The notes under the pieces were generated by a model that saw nothing but the letters and a program-made list of their open reading frames with translations, ran no database searches and was not told the origin of the DNA. A program made the position numbers and the translations under genes. Below are positions 34,770 to 44,351 of a DNA stretch of 64,000 nt, in pieces. Numbering within the stretch: position 1 is the first letter of the stretch; each line of letters opens with the position of its first letter. This DNA is from a virus, in IMG/VR virus record IMGVR_UViG_3300046167_000921, positions 64,001-128,000 of that record; one strand, 5' to 3'.

Positions 34770-36494
34770 ATGTACTCTTTTTCTGATCACGCAAAGGCTC
34801 TACTTGGGACTTATTACATGAAGGACGAGGACGGCTCCACCGAAGAAGCATTCCACAGAGCCGCATATGCCTATGCTTCGACACCCGAGCTGGCTCAGAG
34901 AATTTACGAGTACGCATGTAAGGGCTGGTTTATGTTCTCAAGCCCCATCCTCTCCAACGCGAATGGGAATGGTATGCCCATCTCTTGTTTTCTCACATAT
35001 GTGGAGGACACAGTCGAAGGACTCATCGAACACACGGAGGAGTTGCGTTGGATGAGCGTTATGGGTGGCGGTGTCGGTGGTCATTGGGATCACGTTCGAT
35101 CAGTAAGTAAAAAATCACCTGGCCCAATTCCTTTCTTGAAAACGGTGGACTCTGATATGGTAGCTTACAGGCAGGGTCAAACACGCAAAGGATCTTACGC
35201 GGCGTATTTGGATGTCTCTCACCCAGATCTCATTGAGTTCCTCAACGTCCGTATGCCTACAGGGGGTGACCCCGCACGCAAGTGTTTCAACATCAACAAC
35301 GCGGTGAACTTGACGGACGAGTTCATGACCGCTGTGATGAGTGGTAGTAAATGGGATCTGGTTGACCCAGCGGATAAAACTGTCAGGGACACTGTTGACG
35401 CAAGAGAGCTTTGGCAGAGAATTCTTGAGGTTCGTTTTCGTACAGGAGAGCCATACCTTAACTTTATTGATGAGGCAAACAGGCACTTACCTCAGCCTTT
35501 AAAGGACAAGGGTCTTAAGATTCACGGGTCTAATCTCTGTAACGAAATCCACCTTCCCACAGGTGTGGGTCGTTCAGCGGTCTGCTGTCTATCTAGCCTC
35601 AATGTTGAGATGTTTGATGAGTGGAAGGACACATCTATCGTTGAGGACTTGATTGAGTTCCTTGACGACGTACTTCAGTTCTTCATTGAGAACGCACCTG
35701 CTCAATTGGGGAAAGCTGTCCGCAGTGCTCAATCTGAGCGTTCACTTGGCTTGGGTACGATGGGCTTCCATGCATACCTACAAAAGAAGGGTCTTCCTTT
35801 CGAGTCAGTGTTTGCGGTCTCTGCGAACCGAAAGATTTACTCGACGATCAAAGAACGGGCTGTTGCTTCTTCTAGGAGGCTCGCAGAACTCAAGGGGGAA
35901 TATCTTGATGGGGTTGGTTCGGGCATGAGGAACAGTCACTTGCTGGCCATCGCCCCGAATGCGAATTCGGCTATTATACTTGATACAAGTCCTAGCATTG
36001 AGCCTTGGAAGTCTAACGCTTTCACCCACCGTACTAGAGCGGGGTCTTTTTTGCAGTTCAACAAGTATCTTAGAGCGGTGTTAGAGTCTCATCAGGAGAG
36101 ACTACCTGAAGAAGACAGAGAAGAGTGGATAGACGATCAAGTTCAATCTATCATCTTAGCTCAGGGCTCAGTTCAACACTTGGATTACCTGACCGTCTCT
36201 GAGAGGGACACTTTCAAGACCGCTTTTGAGCTTGATCAGATGTGGGTTGTTGAACATGCAGGTGTGCGTCAGGAGTGGATCTGCCAAGGCCAGAGCGTGA
36301 ACCTCTTCTTCCCTGCGGGTTCAGACAAGAACTATGTTAATGCTGTCCACTTGAGTGCGTGGAAGAAGCAACTGAAGGGGTTGTATTATCTTCGCACCTC
36401 TGCTGGTGTTGTGGCAGACAAGGTGAGCGAGAAGATTGAGCGTAAGGCTTTGAAGGACTATGACATAGACGAGTGTATTAGCTGTCAGGGCTGA
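34770..36494 (+). CDS. nrdA: Ribonucleotide reductase class I alpha subunit (no ATP cone)
   Basis: FSSPIL, ISCF, GGGVG, GSNLCNEI, LAIAPNANS, C-terminal CISCQG. Confidence 0.95.
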   Translation: MYSFSDHAKALLGTYYMKDEDGSTEEAFHRAAYAYASTPELAQRIYEYACKGWFMFSSPILSNANGNGMPISCFLTYVEDTVEGLIEHTEELRWMSVMGGGVGGHWDHVRSVSKKSPGPIPFLKTVDSDMVAYRQGQTRKGSYAAYLDVSHPDLIEFLNVRMPTGGDPARKCFNINNAVNLTDEFMTAVMSGSKWDLVDPADKTVRDTVDARELWQRILEVRFRTGEPYLNFIDEANRHLPQPLKDKGLKIHGSNLCNEIHLPTGVGRSAVCCLSSLNVEMFDEWKDTSIVEDLIEFLDDVLQFFIENAPAQLGKAVRSAQSERSLGLGTMGFHAYLQKKGLPFESVFAVSANRKIYSTIKERAVASSRRLAELKGEYLDGVGSGMRNSHLLAIAPNANSAIILDTSPSIEPWKSNAFTHRTRAGSFLQFNKYLRAVLESHQERLPEEDREEWIDDQVQSIILAQGSVQHLDYLTVSERDTFKTAFELDQMWVVEHAGVRQEWICQGQSVNLFFPAGSDKNYVNAVHLSAWKKQLKGLYYLRTSAGVVADKVSEKIERKALKDYDIDECISCQG

Positions 36495-37177
36495 CTGTCT
36501 AAGAACCTTTGAGCTACTCTTTCGGCGGAGGAGCTTCTATCCCTAAAGAAGTTCTTAACTGACCCAAATATTCCTCTTTGGTCTATGATTGCGGCCTTAG
36601 CTTCTATGAAGAACTCATTTACCGTCAAGCCTATGTTAGTTGGCCAGCCGTCAATTGCTGTGATGTAAAGCTTCCTCCTTAAAAAGGGGTCGGTTTTTTT
36701 CAGCCTCTTGAGGTCGGTGAGAAGCTGGGTTATTTCATCCTCTTGAGCCTCTTTCGCAGATCGCACTAACTCTTTAATTTCATTAATGAGTGATTGCAAA
36801 GCTTTATTTGAAATCTCTTCCCTTCTCTCAGTTGTCGTGACCATTCCGTCAGGCCATTTGAGTGTAGAGTACTTGAAGTAGAAGCCTTTTTTTTCAAGGT
36901 AGGGGATGTCTTCTTCTTCTATCTTATAGCCTGACAGGTCGCTGTCGATGAATTTAGTGTCAGCGGGGAAGGCTTCCCTGCCTGCACTTGTCAGTATGGA
37001 TTTGTGTACGCTCTTGTGAAAGATGCATCCTTTGAAGACTAGGCTTCTTGGATTTGCTTTTTGAAGTATTTCTTCAAAGATACCTCTCCGTATTTCAGAG
37101 AAGTCGTGTTGGGTGAAAAGCATTTCCCCCGCTTTGAGAGACTTCAAGAGGACTAAAGATTTTTCTGCCTGTGGCAT
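36485..37177 (-). CDS. Hypothetical protein with C-terminal RVAQRF tag
   Basis: 230 aa, AAGGAG RBS, ends SSAERVAQRFLDSQP. Confidence 0.7.
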   Translation of the reverse strand: MPQAEKSLVLLKSLKAGEMLFTQHDFSEIRRGIFEEILQKANPRSLVFKGCIFHKSVHKSILTSAGREAFPADTKFIDSDLSGYKIEEEDIPYLEKKGFYFKYSTLKWPDGMVTTTERREEISNKALQSLINEIKELVRSAKEAQEDEITQLLTDLKRLKKTDPFLRRKLYITAIDGWPTNIGLTVNEFFIEAKAAIIDQRGIFGSVKNFFRDRSSSAERVAQRFLDSQP

Positions 37178-37205
37178 GGCTCACTCCTTTTTCTATATCT
37201 GATGT

Positions 37206-37217
37206 ATAAAGAAACTA
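37206..37217 (-). promoter_or_regulatory. Putative late promoter TAG-N6-TAT
   Basis: TAG-TTTCTT-TAT, 29 nt upstream of ATG 37177, back-to-back with 37237-37248. Confidence 0.55.
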
Positions 37218-37236
37218 AAACAAGTCGCTTTTCCAA

Positions 37237-37248
37237 TATCTCCCTTAT
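37237..37248 (+). promoter_or_regulatory. Putative late promoter TAT-N6-TAT
   Basis: TAT-CTCCCT-TAT, 35 nt upstream of ATG 37284. Confidence 0.55.
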
Positions 37249-37283
37249 TAATCATATAAGTTAACTATAAGGAGATACGAAAT

Positions 37284-38171
37284 ATGAAAGTTACATCAAA
37301 AAAATTAGGGAAGACCACCTTCTATGGGCTAGAGACTCAAGGCGGAGCCTTCATGGGTGTCTATTTCCTCAAGCCTGTTTTCGAGGGGCGGAGTATCATC
37401 GCATACCAGCTCATACGGACAAAAAACTCAAGGTTTTCGAAGATTGGCCCTCAGCATACCATTCACTTTTTACTCAAGGGTCGGGTGGATGCCCAACTCT
37501 ATAGATACAAGAACGTCTCAGCCGCAACAGGGGATGTTCTCGAACCTGCTATGTTCAACACCACTTCTTCTGCTAGAAGAAGGATCTACTACCTAGCAGT
37601 GCAGTCAATTAAGAGTATCTGTCGTCAGATTGACTTCAGCGGAGATTATGATGTAGAAGTAGCTAGTACCATGTATGAGTTTAATAGTGTACTAGAGGCG
37701 AATAAGAGACTTCGAGAAGGTGATTCAATAGGTGGCTACCTAAGAACCGACCTGAAAAGAATGGGTCTATCTACACCTCGTCTCTCAGACAGCCCTAACT
37801 ACCCAAAAGTGGGAGACTTCCTTGTCCCCTATAGTAGATGGAATTTCTCCCACTTCTTGATGGTGGTAAGTGTAGATGAAGCCTCAGATACCATCAAAGT
37901 CCTTCCGACAAAACCAGAGCTTCTAAATCCTGAAGATCGAGATGATTTCTCATGGGAAGCGGTCTTTAAACCAACCTCTGAAAAGTCCCGTCCTTCGTCA
38001 CGAGAGATAACTCTTTTCGTCAAAGAGGATGGTGGTGGTCTACGGATAAAGGGTAGTCTGGGAGACAAATCCCGTTACTTCCAAATGCTAAAAGGTCAGG
38101 TTAAGCTTGACGGGCGAGGTAATTACGTCACTCAGATGAAGGGCTACCTAGACGTATCTAATGAGTGGTGA
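37284..38171 (+). CDS. Hypothetical protein
   Basis: 295 aa, AAGGAG RBS. Confidence 0.7.
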   Translation: MKVTSKKLGKTTFYGLETQGGAFMGVYFLKPVFEGRSIIAYQLIRTKNSRFSKIGPQHTIHFLLKGRVDAQLYRYKNVSAATGDVLEPAMFNTTSSARRRIYYLAVQSIKSICRQIDFSGDYDVEVASTMYEFNSVLEANKRLREGDSIGGYLRTDLKRMGLSTPRLSDSPNYPKVGDFLVPYSRWNFSHFLMVVSVDEASDTIKVLPTKPELLNPEDRDDFSWEAVFKPTSEKSRPSSREITLFVKEDGGGLRIKGSLGDKSRYFQMLKGQVKLDGRGNYVTQMKGYLDVSNEW

Positions 38172-38173
38172 GG

Positions 38174-39850
38174 TTAGAACCTACCGCCGTCTTCCTTCGG
38201 TTTCGAGTACTTCAGGTCGAGGTTTGAGGCAATTTTCTCTAAAACATCTGTGTTCTCAGCCATAGCTCTACCCGCTTCACCATAGACGCCTCGTAGAACT
38301 TCGTTGAATTGAGAATCGTTCAATGTCCACATATCACGCTCCAGCTTCGCTTTTGTAGTTACGGGGTCAACATTGAGCAGTTCTAGGATCACATCTATAT
38401 CAAGCGATCCCTTTTGGTAGAGGTTGAAGAGAGCATCGAATGTGTCTTGATTGTCTCTGAGTCCAAGACGGGTGAAGCTCAGGGTGGGGTGGAGTACGAC
38501 CTCTTCCCCATCTTCATCTTCCTCAATGAAACCCATACGTCTACACATAGGTTTGAGGATGTTCTCCTCGACCATCTCTTGGAGAACTTCCCTCATAAGC
38601 ATATAGCGAGTATTGATGACCTCTAGATTGATTCTATCTCCTGAGTAGCTGGACTCACCAGACAAGAGAGACTCAGTTACACCTAACCCTGCATACATCT
38701 GTCTGTCGGTCATGTCATATTCACCTGAGAGTTCGAGCAGGCGAGAGTCTGCTCCCATCTCTTCCCAACTAACTTGGAAGTTAGCGATGATAGAATAATC
38801 GGGGTCTTGGAGTGCAAGATCGACCTGCTCTCTGAGAGCTTCAACGTCATTTGCATCCATATCCTCTGCATACACAAGGCGGATAGGTGTCATATGCCTA
38901 GAGGCAATGGAGGTCTGAGCTTGCCTTAGCTTGTCCCTATAGACAAGAATGCGGAGACACCTTTCAAGCATAGAGTGTCCTCTGGGTTCATATTGTGATT
39001 TCTTCCTCGCCATGTAGTAGACAAATGAGCCTTCGTCAGGGTCTGTGTTAAGCCTGATGTTCCTGCCCTCTCGTATGGCTTCAACCACATCATCGGGCAT
39101 AGAGTCTACAATCCTTGTAGCGGAGGGGTCTTGTAAGGACGCTCTCTCAACAATGTCTTTTGTCTTGCTATCTGGGATAAGCTCAATGATCTTCTCACTT
39201 GTGAAGGGAAAGCTTTCCATGTGAACTTGCTCTGGAGGTAGGACTCTGATTCCCGTCCAGCCTTTATAGTTCTTTTTGAGCCAGCGGTACGCCCTTTCAT
39301 TTGAGTCTGGATATTCTTCCCACTCGATCACCGCCTCACCTGATTCTTTTAGGACGTTTCGTTCTCGGTGGGTTACTGACTTGGGCATATCTGGGTTGCT
39401 GTCCTCACAGAACACGAAGACCTCACCGAGGAGGTTGTATTCGTGCAGTATTTCTATGAGCCTATGAAGCAGTCCTGTCCTCCTAGACCACTTTTCACAG
39501 AAGCGTAGAGCTTCATTAGCCATGTCTCTATTACGAGATCGGGGCAACCCAAGTCTGATCTTAGAGAGAGGCAACTCTGTGTGTAGGTCTACCGCCTGTC
39601 CTACAAAAGGGTCGGTTCTGTAGAAGAATCTGAAATAGTTACGCTGCTCATCTTGGGATTGGGGTAACTCTAAGAAGTCTGTAGACAGTTCAGGTGAGTA
39701 GAAGTTTCCTCCTGAACCCATCATAGAACCAGAGGTGGTCATTGCGACTTTAACCCTAGACCGCATATCGCTTGGGTCGAGCTTCTTTGTGATCGCTTTA
39801 GACCTACTCTTGACTTTCCCTATTTCTGTGCCGAGATCCTCTTCACTCAT
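38174..39850 (-). CDS. Portal protein
   Basis: 558 aa. FFYRTDPFVGQAVDLHTELP, GEVF, long helix RILVYRDKLRQAQ, YAGLGVTESLLSGE fit a portal-like layout. Phage context supports it. Confidence 0.75.
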   Translation of the reverse strand: MSEEDLGTEIGKVKSRSKAITKKLDPSDMRSRVKVAMTTSGSMMGSGGNFYSPELSTDFLELPQSQDEQRNYFRFFYRTDPFVGQAVDLHTELPLSKIRLGLPRSRNRDMANEALRFCEKWSRRTGLLHRLIEILHEYNLLGEVFVFCEDSNPDMPKSVTHRERNVLKESGEAVIEWEEYPDSNERAYRWLKKNYKGWTGIRVLPPEQVHMESFPFTSEKIIELIPDSKTKDIVERASLQDPSATRIVDSMPDDVVEAIREGRNIRLNTDPDEGSFVYYMARKKSQYEPRGHSMLERCLRILVYRDKLRQAQTSIASRHMTPIRLVYAEDMDANDVEALREQVDLALQDPDYSIIANFQVSWEEMGADSRLLELSGEYDMTDRQMYAGLGVTESLLSGESSYSGDRINLEVINTRYMLMREVLQEMVEENILKPMCRRMGFIEEDEDGEEVVLHPTLSFTRLGLRDNQDTFDALFNLYQKGSLDIDVILELLNVDPVTTKAKLERDMWTLNDSQFNEVLRGVYGEAGRAMAENTDVLEKIASNLDLKYSKPKEDGGRF

Positions 39851-40071
39851 TTCGTACTCCTCTTGACGACGGCTTTGGCAACCTTCTTCAGTAAGGCGAT
39901 GTTCTTCGGGTCGCCGTCAAAGAATAATACCCACGACCCCCCCATATGGGAGAAAACTGAGCTGATATGTTCCATCATCTTCCTAGAAGGCTTACTAAGC
40001 TTATGGTGTCTCGCTAGGATATAGGAGATGACCCTAAGGTCTGCTCTTTCATTATCTCTGAAGTGACTCAT
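39847..40071 (-). CDS. Hypothetical protein coupled to portal
   Basis: 74 aa, AAGGAG RBS, 4-nt overlap with portal start. Confidence 0.65.
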   Translation of the reverse strand: MSHFRDNERADLRVISYILARHHKLSKPSRKMMEHISSVFSHMGGSWVLFFDGDPKNIALLKKVAKAVVKRSTK

Positions 40072-40099
40072 CTACTTTCTCCTTTTTTGGTGAGGTGCT

Positions 40100-40111
40100 A
40101 TAGATAAGCTA
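40100..40111 (-). promoter_or_regulatory. Putative late promoter of the portal operon
   Basis: TAG-CTTATC-TAT, 29 nt upstream of ATG 40071. Confidence 0.55.
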
Positions 40112-40372
40112 TCGCTTGATATAAACCCCATGCCTGATTTTGCTCAAGATATCAAGCCTTTTCATCGTCGCAAGCTCCTGCCTAACAGCAGTTTTGAGCT
40201 TGACTCTTTCATTTGAGCTTAACTCAATGGAGGTGGTCACTTCCCCCCTTGTTAGTGAATACTCTTCACCGAGACCATATACGCTTATGACGTGGTTTAG
40301 GCAATCTTCTATGGTCGCTTGCTCTTTTAGGAAAGTCAACAAGGCTTCTCTTATAGAGGGGCGACTAAGCAT
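40109..40372 (-). CDS. Hypothetical protein (possible winged helix)
   Basis: Start moved to MLSRPS, overlapping the upstream stop. Confidence 0.55.
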   Translation of the reverse strand: MLSRPSIREALLTFLKEQATIEDCLNHVISVYGLGEEYSLTRGEVTTSIELSSNERVKLKTAVRQELATMKRLDILSKIRHGVYIKR

Positions 40373-40901
40373 CGTGTATCCTATTGTATAGTTTGAGCCA
40401 TTGACTTTCTTTTGAGTCAATGGAAGAAAGCATATTGAAAGCTTCCCATAATCTGAGAGAATTGTCGAGATCAATGTCTTTGGTCTTGGATCTGAGAAGC
40501 CTCTCAGTCCTTGTCGTTATAATGGATAGGCTATCTACAACAGGTTCGTCTTTAAAATGGTCTTCACTTGATGCTTTAGAGTAAACCCACACGGGGAGGT
40601 CGTACTTTACCTCTAAAGCTTTGCAGGCTTGGCTGAAACGCACTCCTTCAATTTCCATGACAGTGGAGATAGCATCTCTTGTTTTACCGCAAGCGAAGCA
40701 GTACCATGAGTTTGAATCGGGGTAGGCTCTTGCGGAAGGTGAATTATCTGACCCGTCGCCGTGCAGGTTACATCTGAATTGTTGTTCTCTCGGAGAGTCT
40801 ACAACATCGTAGTTGTAGGAGTGTAAAACAGAGAATATAGAGACCTTCTCCTTAATTCTTTCGGATCTTTTCACTAATGCCTCCTCAGGCGGTTTCCCCA
40901 C
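40365..40901 (-). CDS. Stand-alone DnaG-type CHC2 zinc-binding domain protein
   Basis: RCNLHGDGSDNSPS...WYCFACG...DAISTVMEIEGVRFSQAC. No TOPRIM domain in 178 aa. Confidence 0.8.
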   Translation of the reverse strand: MGKPPEEALVKRSERIKEKVSIFSVLHSYNYDVVDSPREQQFRCNLHGDGSDNSPSARAYPDSNSWYCFACGKTRDAISTVMEIEGVRFSQACKALEVKYDLPVWVYSKASSEDHFKDEPVVDSLSIITTRTERLLRSKTKDIDLDNSLRLWEAFNMLSSIDSKESQWLKLYNRIHDA

Positions 40902-40974
40902 ACTATTTCGATGGGGTATAAGGGCTTCTAAGTAGTCGCGTCTTTATTATTGTAATGTACGATATACATCCTGA

Positions 40975-40986
40975 TATCCCTTTTAT
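40975..40986 (+). promoter_or_regulatory. Putative late promoter TAT-N6-TAT
   Basis: TAT-CCCTTT-TAT, 41 nt upstream of GTG 41028. Confidence 0.55.
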
Positions 40987-41027
40987 ACATCTCGCCAGAT
41001 GAAGCAGTATTATATTAGGAGGCTTTC

Positions 41028-42377
41028 GTGGCTAGTAAAAACGTGCCTGTTGACAAAAAACTCTGGAGTCAGATTCAATCTCTAGCTAAAGGTGAGAGAA
41101 AGTCACCAGTTACCAAAGGTGGAGAGACTGCAAACCCTGTTAATGGGGGTGCGGGCTTTAAGGTCTTTCCGTCTGCTTACGCTAACGGTTGGGCTCTTGC
41201 TCAGTATAAGAGGCTTGGAGGCAAATGGAAGAAAGAGGCGTCTTCCAAAGGCAAGCTAGTTCTTCTAGGGAGAGACTCGGGAGCTATGGTGTACTCTTTC
41301 TACTTCCTCCGTCTCTCACAAGACTACTTCTATCATTACACTTACAAAGATAGAGCTGAAGAAATCTTAGAAGATGGATACCTTCGACCAAATTTCTATA
41401 CCGACCAAGCAGGGGCTGTTGGAGTATTTGCAATATCTGGGACATATGGTCAAGAGGTGACTCGCGTGCAATTGAGCGGGACACGCAAACACCATATGGG
41501 CAATATCGTTGCTATTAAATTCAAGACTAGGACTCTCCCTAAGTACGGCTTTGTGGAAGAAGTAATTTGGGATAAGCCCGTGAAGCTAAGAGACGTAGAA
41601 GTTGTGCCTGTTTCAGAGGTGCTACAAGATCTCAAGTCTAATGCGGACATAGGAAGTCAGTCCAAAGTCTACTACGACCTTAAGAAAGCCATACAGGTGA
41701 AGAAAGAAGTGCAAGAAGGTAAGAAAGCTTCTCACGGGAAGCCTCGTAAGTGGGATGAGAGGCATTGTAAATCTAAGACTTGTGGCGAGATGGGCTTCTC
41801 TGAAAAGGCGTCTTGCAAACCCTATAAGGATTGTTATCGGAAAAACGCATCTGGTATGATACCCCCACCTCCCCGTACTCGCGATCTCATGTCTCAACTC
41901 CCTAAGATTTCCTATCAATATGAAAACAGGTACAATAATAAGGGAATTCAACCCTACCTTGACCGCTGTTATTGGATGGTTTTTGACGGCGTATTAACAA
42001 GTCGTGGATACCCGAGCCAAGCACCTGAGATCAAGGGTCTGGGCGAGAGTCTAGCCCCCTTGATCTCATCTTTAAAAGAACACTTCAACCTCTTAAGACC
42101 AGAGCAGTTTGCCAAGTTGAATGGAGTTCCTTTTAAATGCGATTACCTAGAAACAGCACAAACACCTTCTTATCCCTCTGGGCATACGACCCAAGCGTAT
42201 TACATAGCTCACAAGTTGTCTGACAGATACCCTCACCTCAAGTCTGAGTTTTTCTCCGTCGCTAAGATGGTGGCGGAGTCTCGAGTTGATCGGGGGGTTC
42301 ACTTTTTCTCGGATAACGAGGCGGGGGTTCAGTTAGCTGAGAAGTTACATACCAGAGATCAGAAAAGCTTTAACTAG
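41028..42377 (+). CDS. Multidomain protein: small N-domain, ART-like domain, Cys-rich domain and PAP2 phosphatase/haloperoxidase domain
   Basis: PAP2 motifs LKEHFNLLRP, PSGH, SRVDRGVHFFSD. ART-like YHYT...ILEDGYLRP...GVFAIS is less certain. Confidence 0.7.
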   Translation: MASKNVPVDKKLWSQIQSLAKGERKSPVTKGGETANPVNGGAGFKVFPSAYANGWALAQYKRLGGKWKKEASSKGKLVLLGRDSGAMVYSFYFLRLSQDYFYHYTYKDRAEEILEDGYLRPNFYTDQAGAVGVFAISGTYGQEVTRVQLSGTRKHHMGNIVAIKFKTRTLPKYGFVEEVIWDKPVKLRDVEVVPVSEVLQDLKSNADIGSQSKVYYDLKKAIQVKKEVQEGKKASHGKPRKWDERHCKSKTCGEMGFSEKASCKPYKDCYRKNASGMIPPPPRTRDLMSQLPKISYQYENRYNNKGIQPYLDRCYWMVFDGVLTSRGYPSQAPEIKGLGESLAPLISSLKEHFNLLRPEQFAKLNGVPFKCDYLETAQTPSYPSGHTTQAYYIAHKLSDRYPHLKSEFFSVAKMVAESRVDRGVHFFSDNEAGVQLAEKLHTRDQKSFN

Positions 42378-42378
42378 T

Positions 42379-42390
42379 TCGCTCCCTTAT
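42379..42390 (+). promoter_or_regulatory. Putative late promoter variant TCG-N6-TAT
   Basis: TCG-CTCCCT-TAT, 38 nt upstream of ATG 42429. Confidence 0.45.
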
Positions 42391-42428
42391 AGTTTTTTAA
42401 TGGCTTACTTCAAACATAGGAGGTAGTC

Positions 42429-44351
42429 ATGTCACGAAAAGCTGTTAAAAGAGATGACCCCAAGCTCAAAAACACGGGCAAAGGCGGTCTAGATACTTGG
42501 TTCTCTGGTCATGGTGGAGGCAAACCCGATGAGAGAGCCACTTGGGGCGATTGGGTGGCGATCACCCCCGTAAAGCACACCATCGAGAAAGAAGACGGTA
42601 AGAAGAAAACTTATGAACCAGGTGACATTGTTGGCCCATGTGGGATATCTAGTGAACCAGAGTGGTCATCCCTTACAGGAAAAGGTAAAAAGCCACTCAA
42701 GTGTATGCCAAGAGAGAAGGCACATAAAATGCCCAAAAAAGACAGAGCTCAACTCGCGAAGAACAAGAGGAAGCAGGAGAATAAGAGCAAAGGTAAAAAG
42801 CCTGTTAACACTCCTACTTTCTCTGAAGAGGCAAAAGAGATTAAGAAATCCGCGTCGAGGGTCGCTTCGAGATACTTGAGGTCGGACTTCTATAGACAAG
42901 TATCTCCCCCAGACGAGCTTTCAAGCCTATCCCAAGGTACGCCCGCCCATAGAACAGAGGACTCTAGACCACAAAGTAGTAGTCTCCCTAACGGAGACTT
43001 CGCAAGGGATATAGGTAGACCTTCTCCTGACTCTCCTTCTTTGAAGCACAGAGACCTGCAGGATCAGCCTAAACCATCGAGTGGGCTTGATCTTGGATAC
43101 GTGCATGATAGCGGGTCTGGCTCTGCGAGAGTAATACCTTATAATTCTGGCTTCTCAAACAACTCGTCGCCCAACAGAAAAGCTTCTCTTTCTAGGGACA
43201 TGGAAACCGCGATCTACGAGTCTTTTTTTGGGTGGTATGATATACCTGTAAAAGGCAAAACGTCCACTAACGGCATGAAGCTGTCTGTATTAGGTAAGAC
43301 CCTAGAGGATATCTACAAGGCATATGGTCTTGTAGGGGGTTATCTTAAAAAAAATCGCATTGGTCATAAGGTGGCGACTCGCAGAAGGGTAGAGGAGGCT
43401 CGATCTCCGCAAAACCGCAAGATCCTCACCATCTACATACCCGACGGGGAAGAATGGCGTGGTATTGCAGAAGAGGTATCTCAACTCCTACATAAGGGTC
43501 GGTATGTGGGTTGGCAGAATATTCCAACTCCCCCTCTTTACCAACATTATGCCAACGCTGTATTTTACAGGAATGATAGGGATTCATCAGGTGCGTATAT
43601 CCCTACCCGCAGATCCGCAGGTTCGCAACCCGCACAAGATTTAGGCGGGGTCAGCACTTGGGTGACTAAAAACAGGCAAGACCAAATTAACCGAAACACC
43701 GAACCTCTGAAGACAAGACCAGATTACGGTGATGGCTCTCCTGATCGAGCCCGAGTCTTGCCCCTCCCAGACGGACACCCGAAAGGAAGGGACGAGATAC
43801 GGCAAGGCCCTGGGGTTATGAACACACCCCCTAGCTCATCGGGTCAAGGTTTGGCAAATAGACCTCCCAAGAACCCTAATTCTATCTCTGAGAAGCCTCT
43901 CCATCAAAGACCTCGATCTAGTGGCATTCCAGGAGATCAATACGGACACCCTTACATAGATCAGTCCGCTTCAACAGGCCTGAGGAGACGTGGTGTTCAC
44001 ATGAAGCAGGTTAAGATGGAAGTGGAAGAGATTTGGGACGTTGACGCTGACGGTAACCTTATTAAGGTCGGTCTTAAGTCTGTTCTCCCTCCAAGGGTGA
44101 GGCAAAGAGAGCAAAGGGGCGAGGTCAAAAGAAAAACTAAGATAGACCACAAGAGGAAGACTACTGCCGAGAAAGCTAGGGATTCCCTTAAAGCGAAGAG
44201 GCGATACAAAAGAAACCCTAGTAGACACATCCGATATCAAGAAAGACGCAGGAAAACACCTAGTCTTTTTAAACGCATGCCATCAGGGGGAGTGTCTTCT
44301 CAAAAACAAGTTCAAGACCGAGACAAAAAAACAAGGGAGAAAAGAAAATGA
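42429..44351 (+). CDS. Large basic, low-complexity multidomain protein
   Basis: 640 aa. N-domain GGLDTWFSG...KCMP, internal KSASRVASRYL, Pro/Ser/Gly-rich and Lys/Arg-rich tail. Confidence 0.7.
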   Translation: MSRKAVKRDDPKLKNTGKGGLDTWFSGHGGGKPDERATWGDWVAITPVKHTIEKEDGKKKTYEPGDIVGPCGISSEPEWSSLTGKGKKPLKCMPREKAHKMPKKDRAQLAKNKRKQENKSKGKKPVNTPTFSEEAKEIKKSASRVASRYLRSDFYRQVSPPDELSSLSQGTPAHRTEDSRPQSSSLPNGDFARDIGRPSPDSPSLKHRDLQDQPKPSSGLDLGYVHDSGSGSARVIPYNSGFSNNSSPNRKASLSRDMETAIYESFFGWYDIPVKGKTSTNGMKLSVLGKTLEDIYKAYGLVGGYLKKNRIGHKVATRRRVEEARSPQNRKILTIYIPDGEEWRGIAEEVSQLLHKGRYVGWQNIPTPPLYQHYANAVFYRNDRDSSGAYIPTRRSAGSQPAQDLGGVSTWVTKNRQDQINRNTEPLKTRPDYGDGSPDRARVLPLPDGHPKGRDEIRQGPGVMNTPPSSSGQGLANRPPKNPNSISEKPLHQRPRSSGIPGDQYGHPYIDQSASTGLRRRGVHMKQVKMEVEEIWDVDADGNLIKVGLKSVLPPRVRQREQRGEVKRKTKIDHKRKTTAEKARDSLKAKRRYKRNPSRHIRYQERRRKTPSLFKRMPSGGVSSQKQVQDRDKKTREKRK

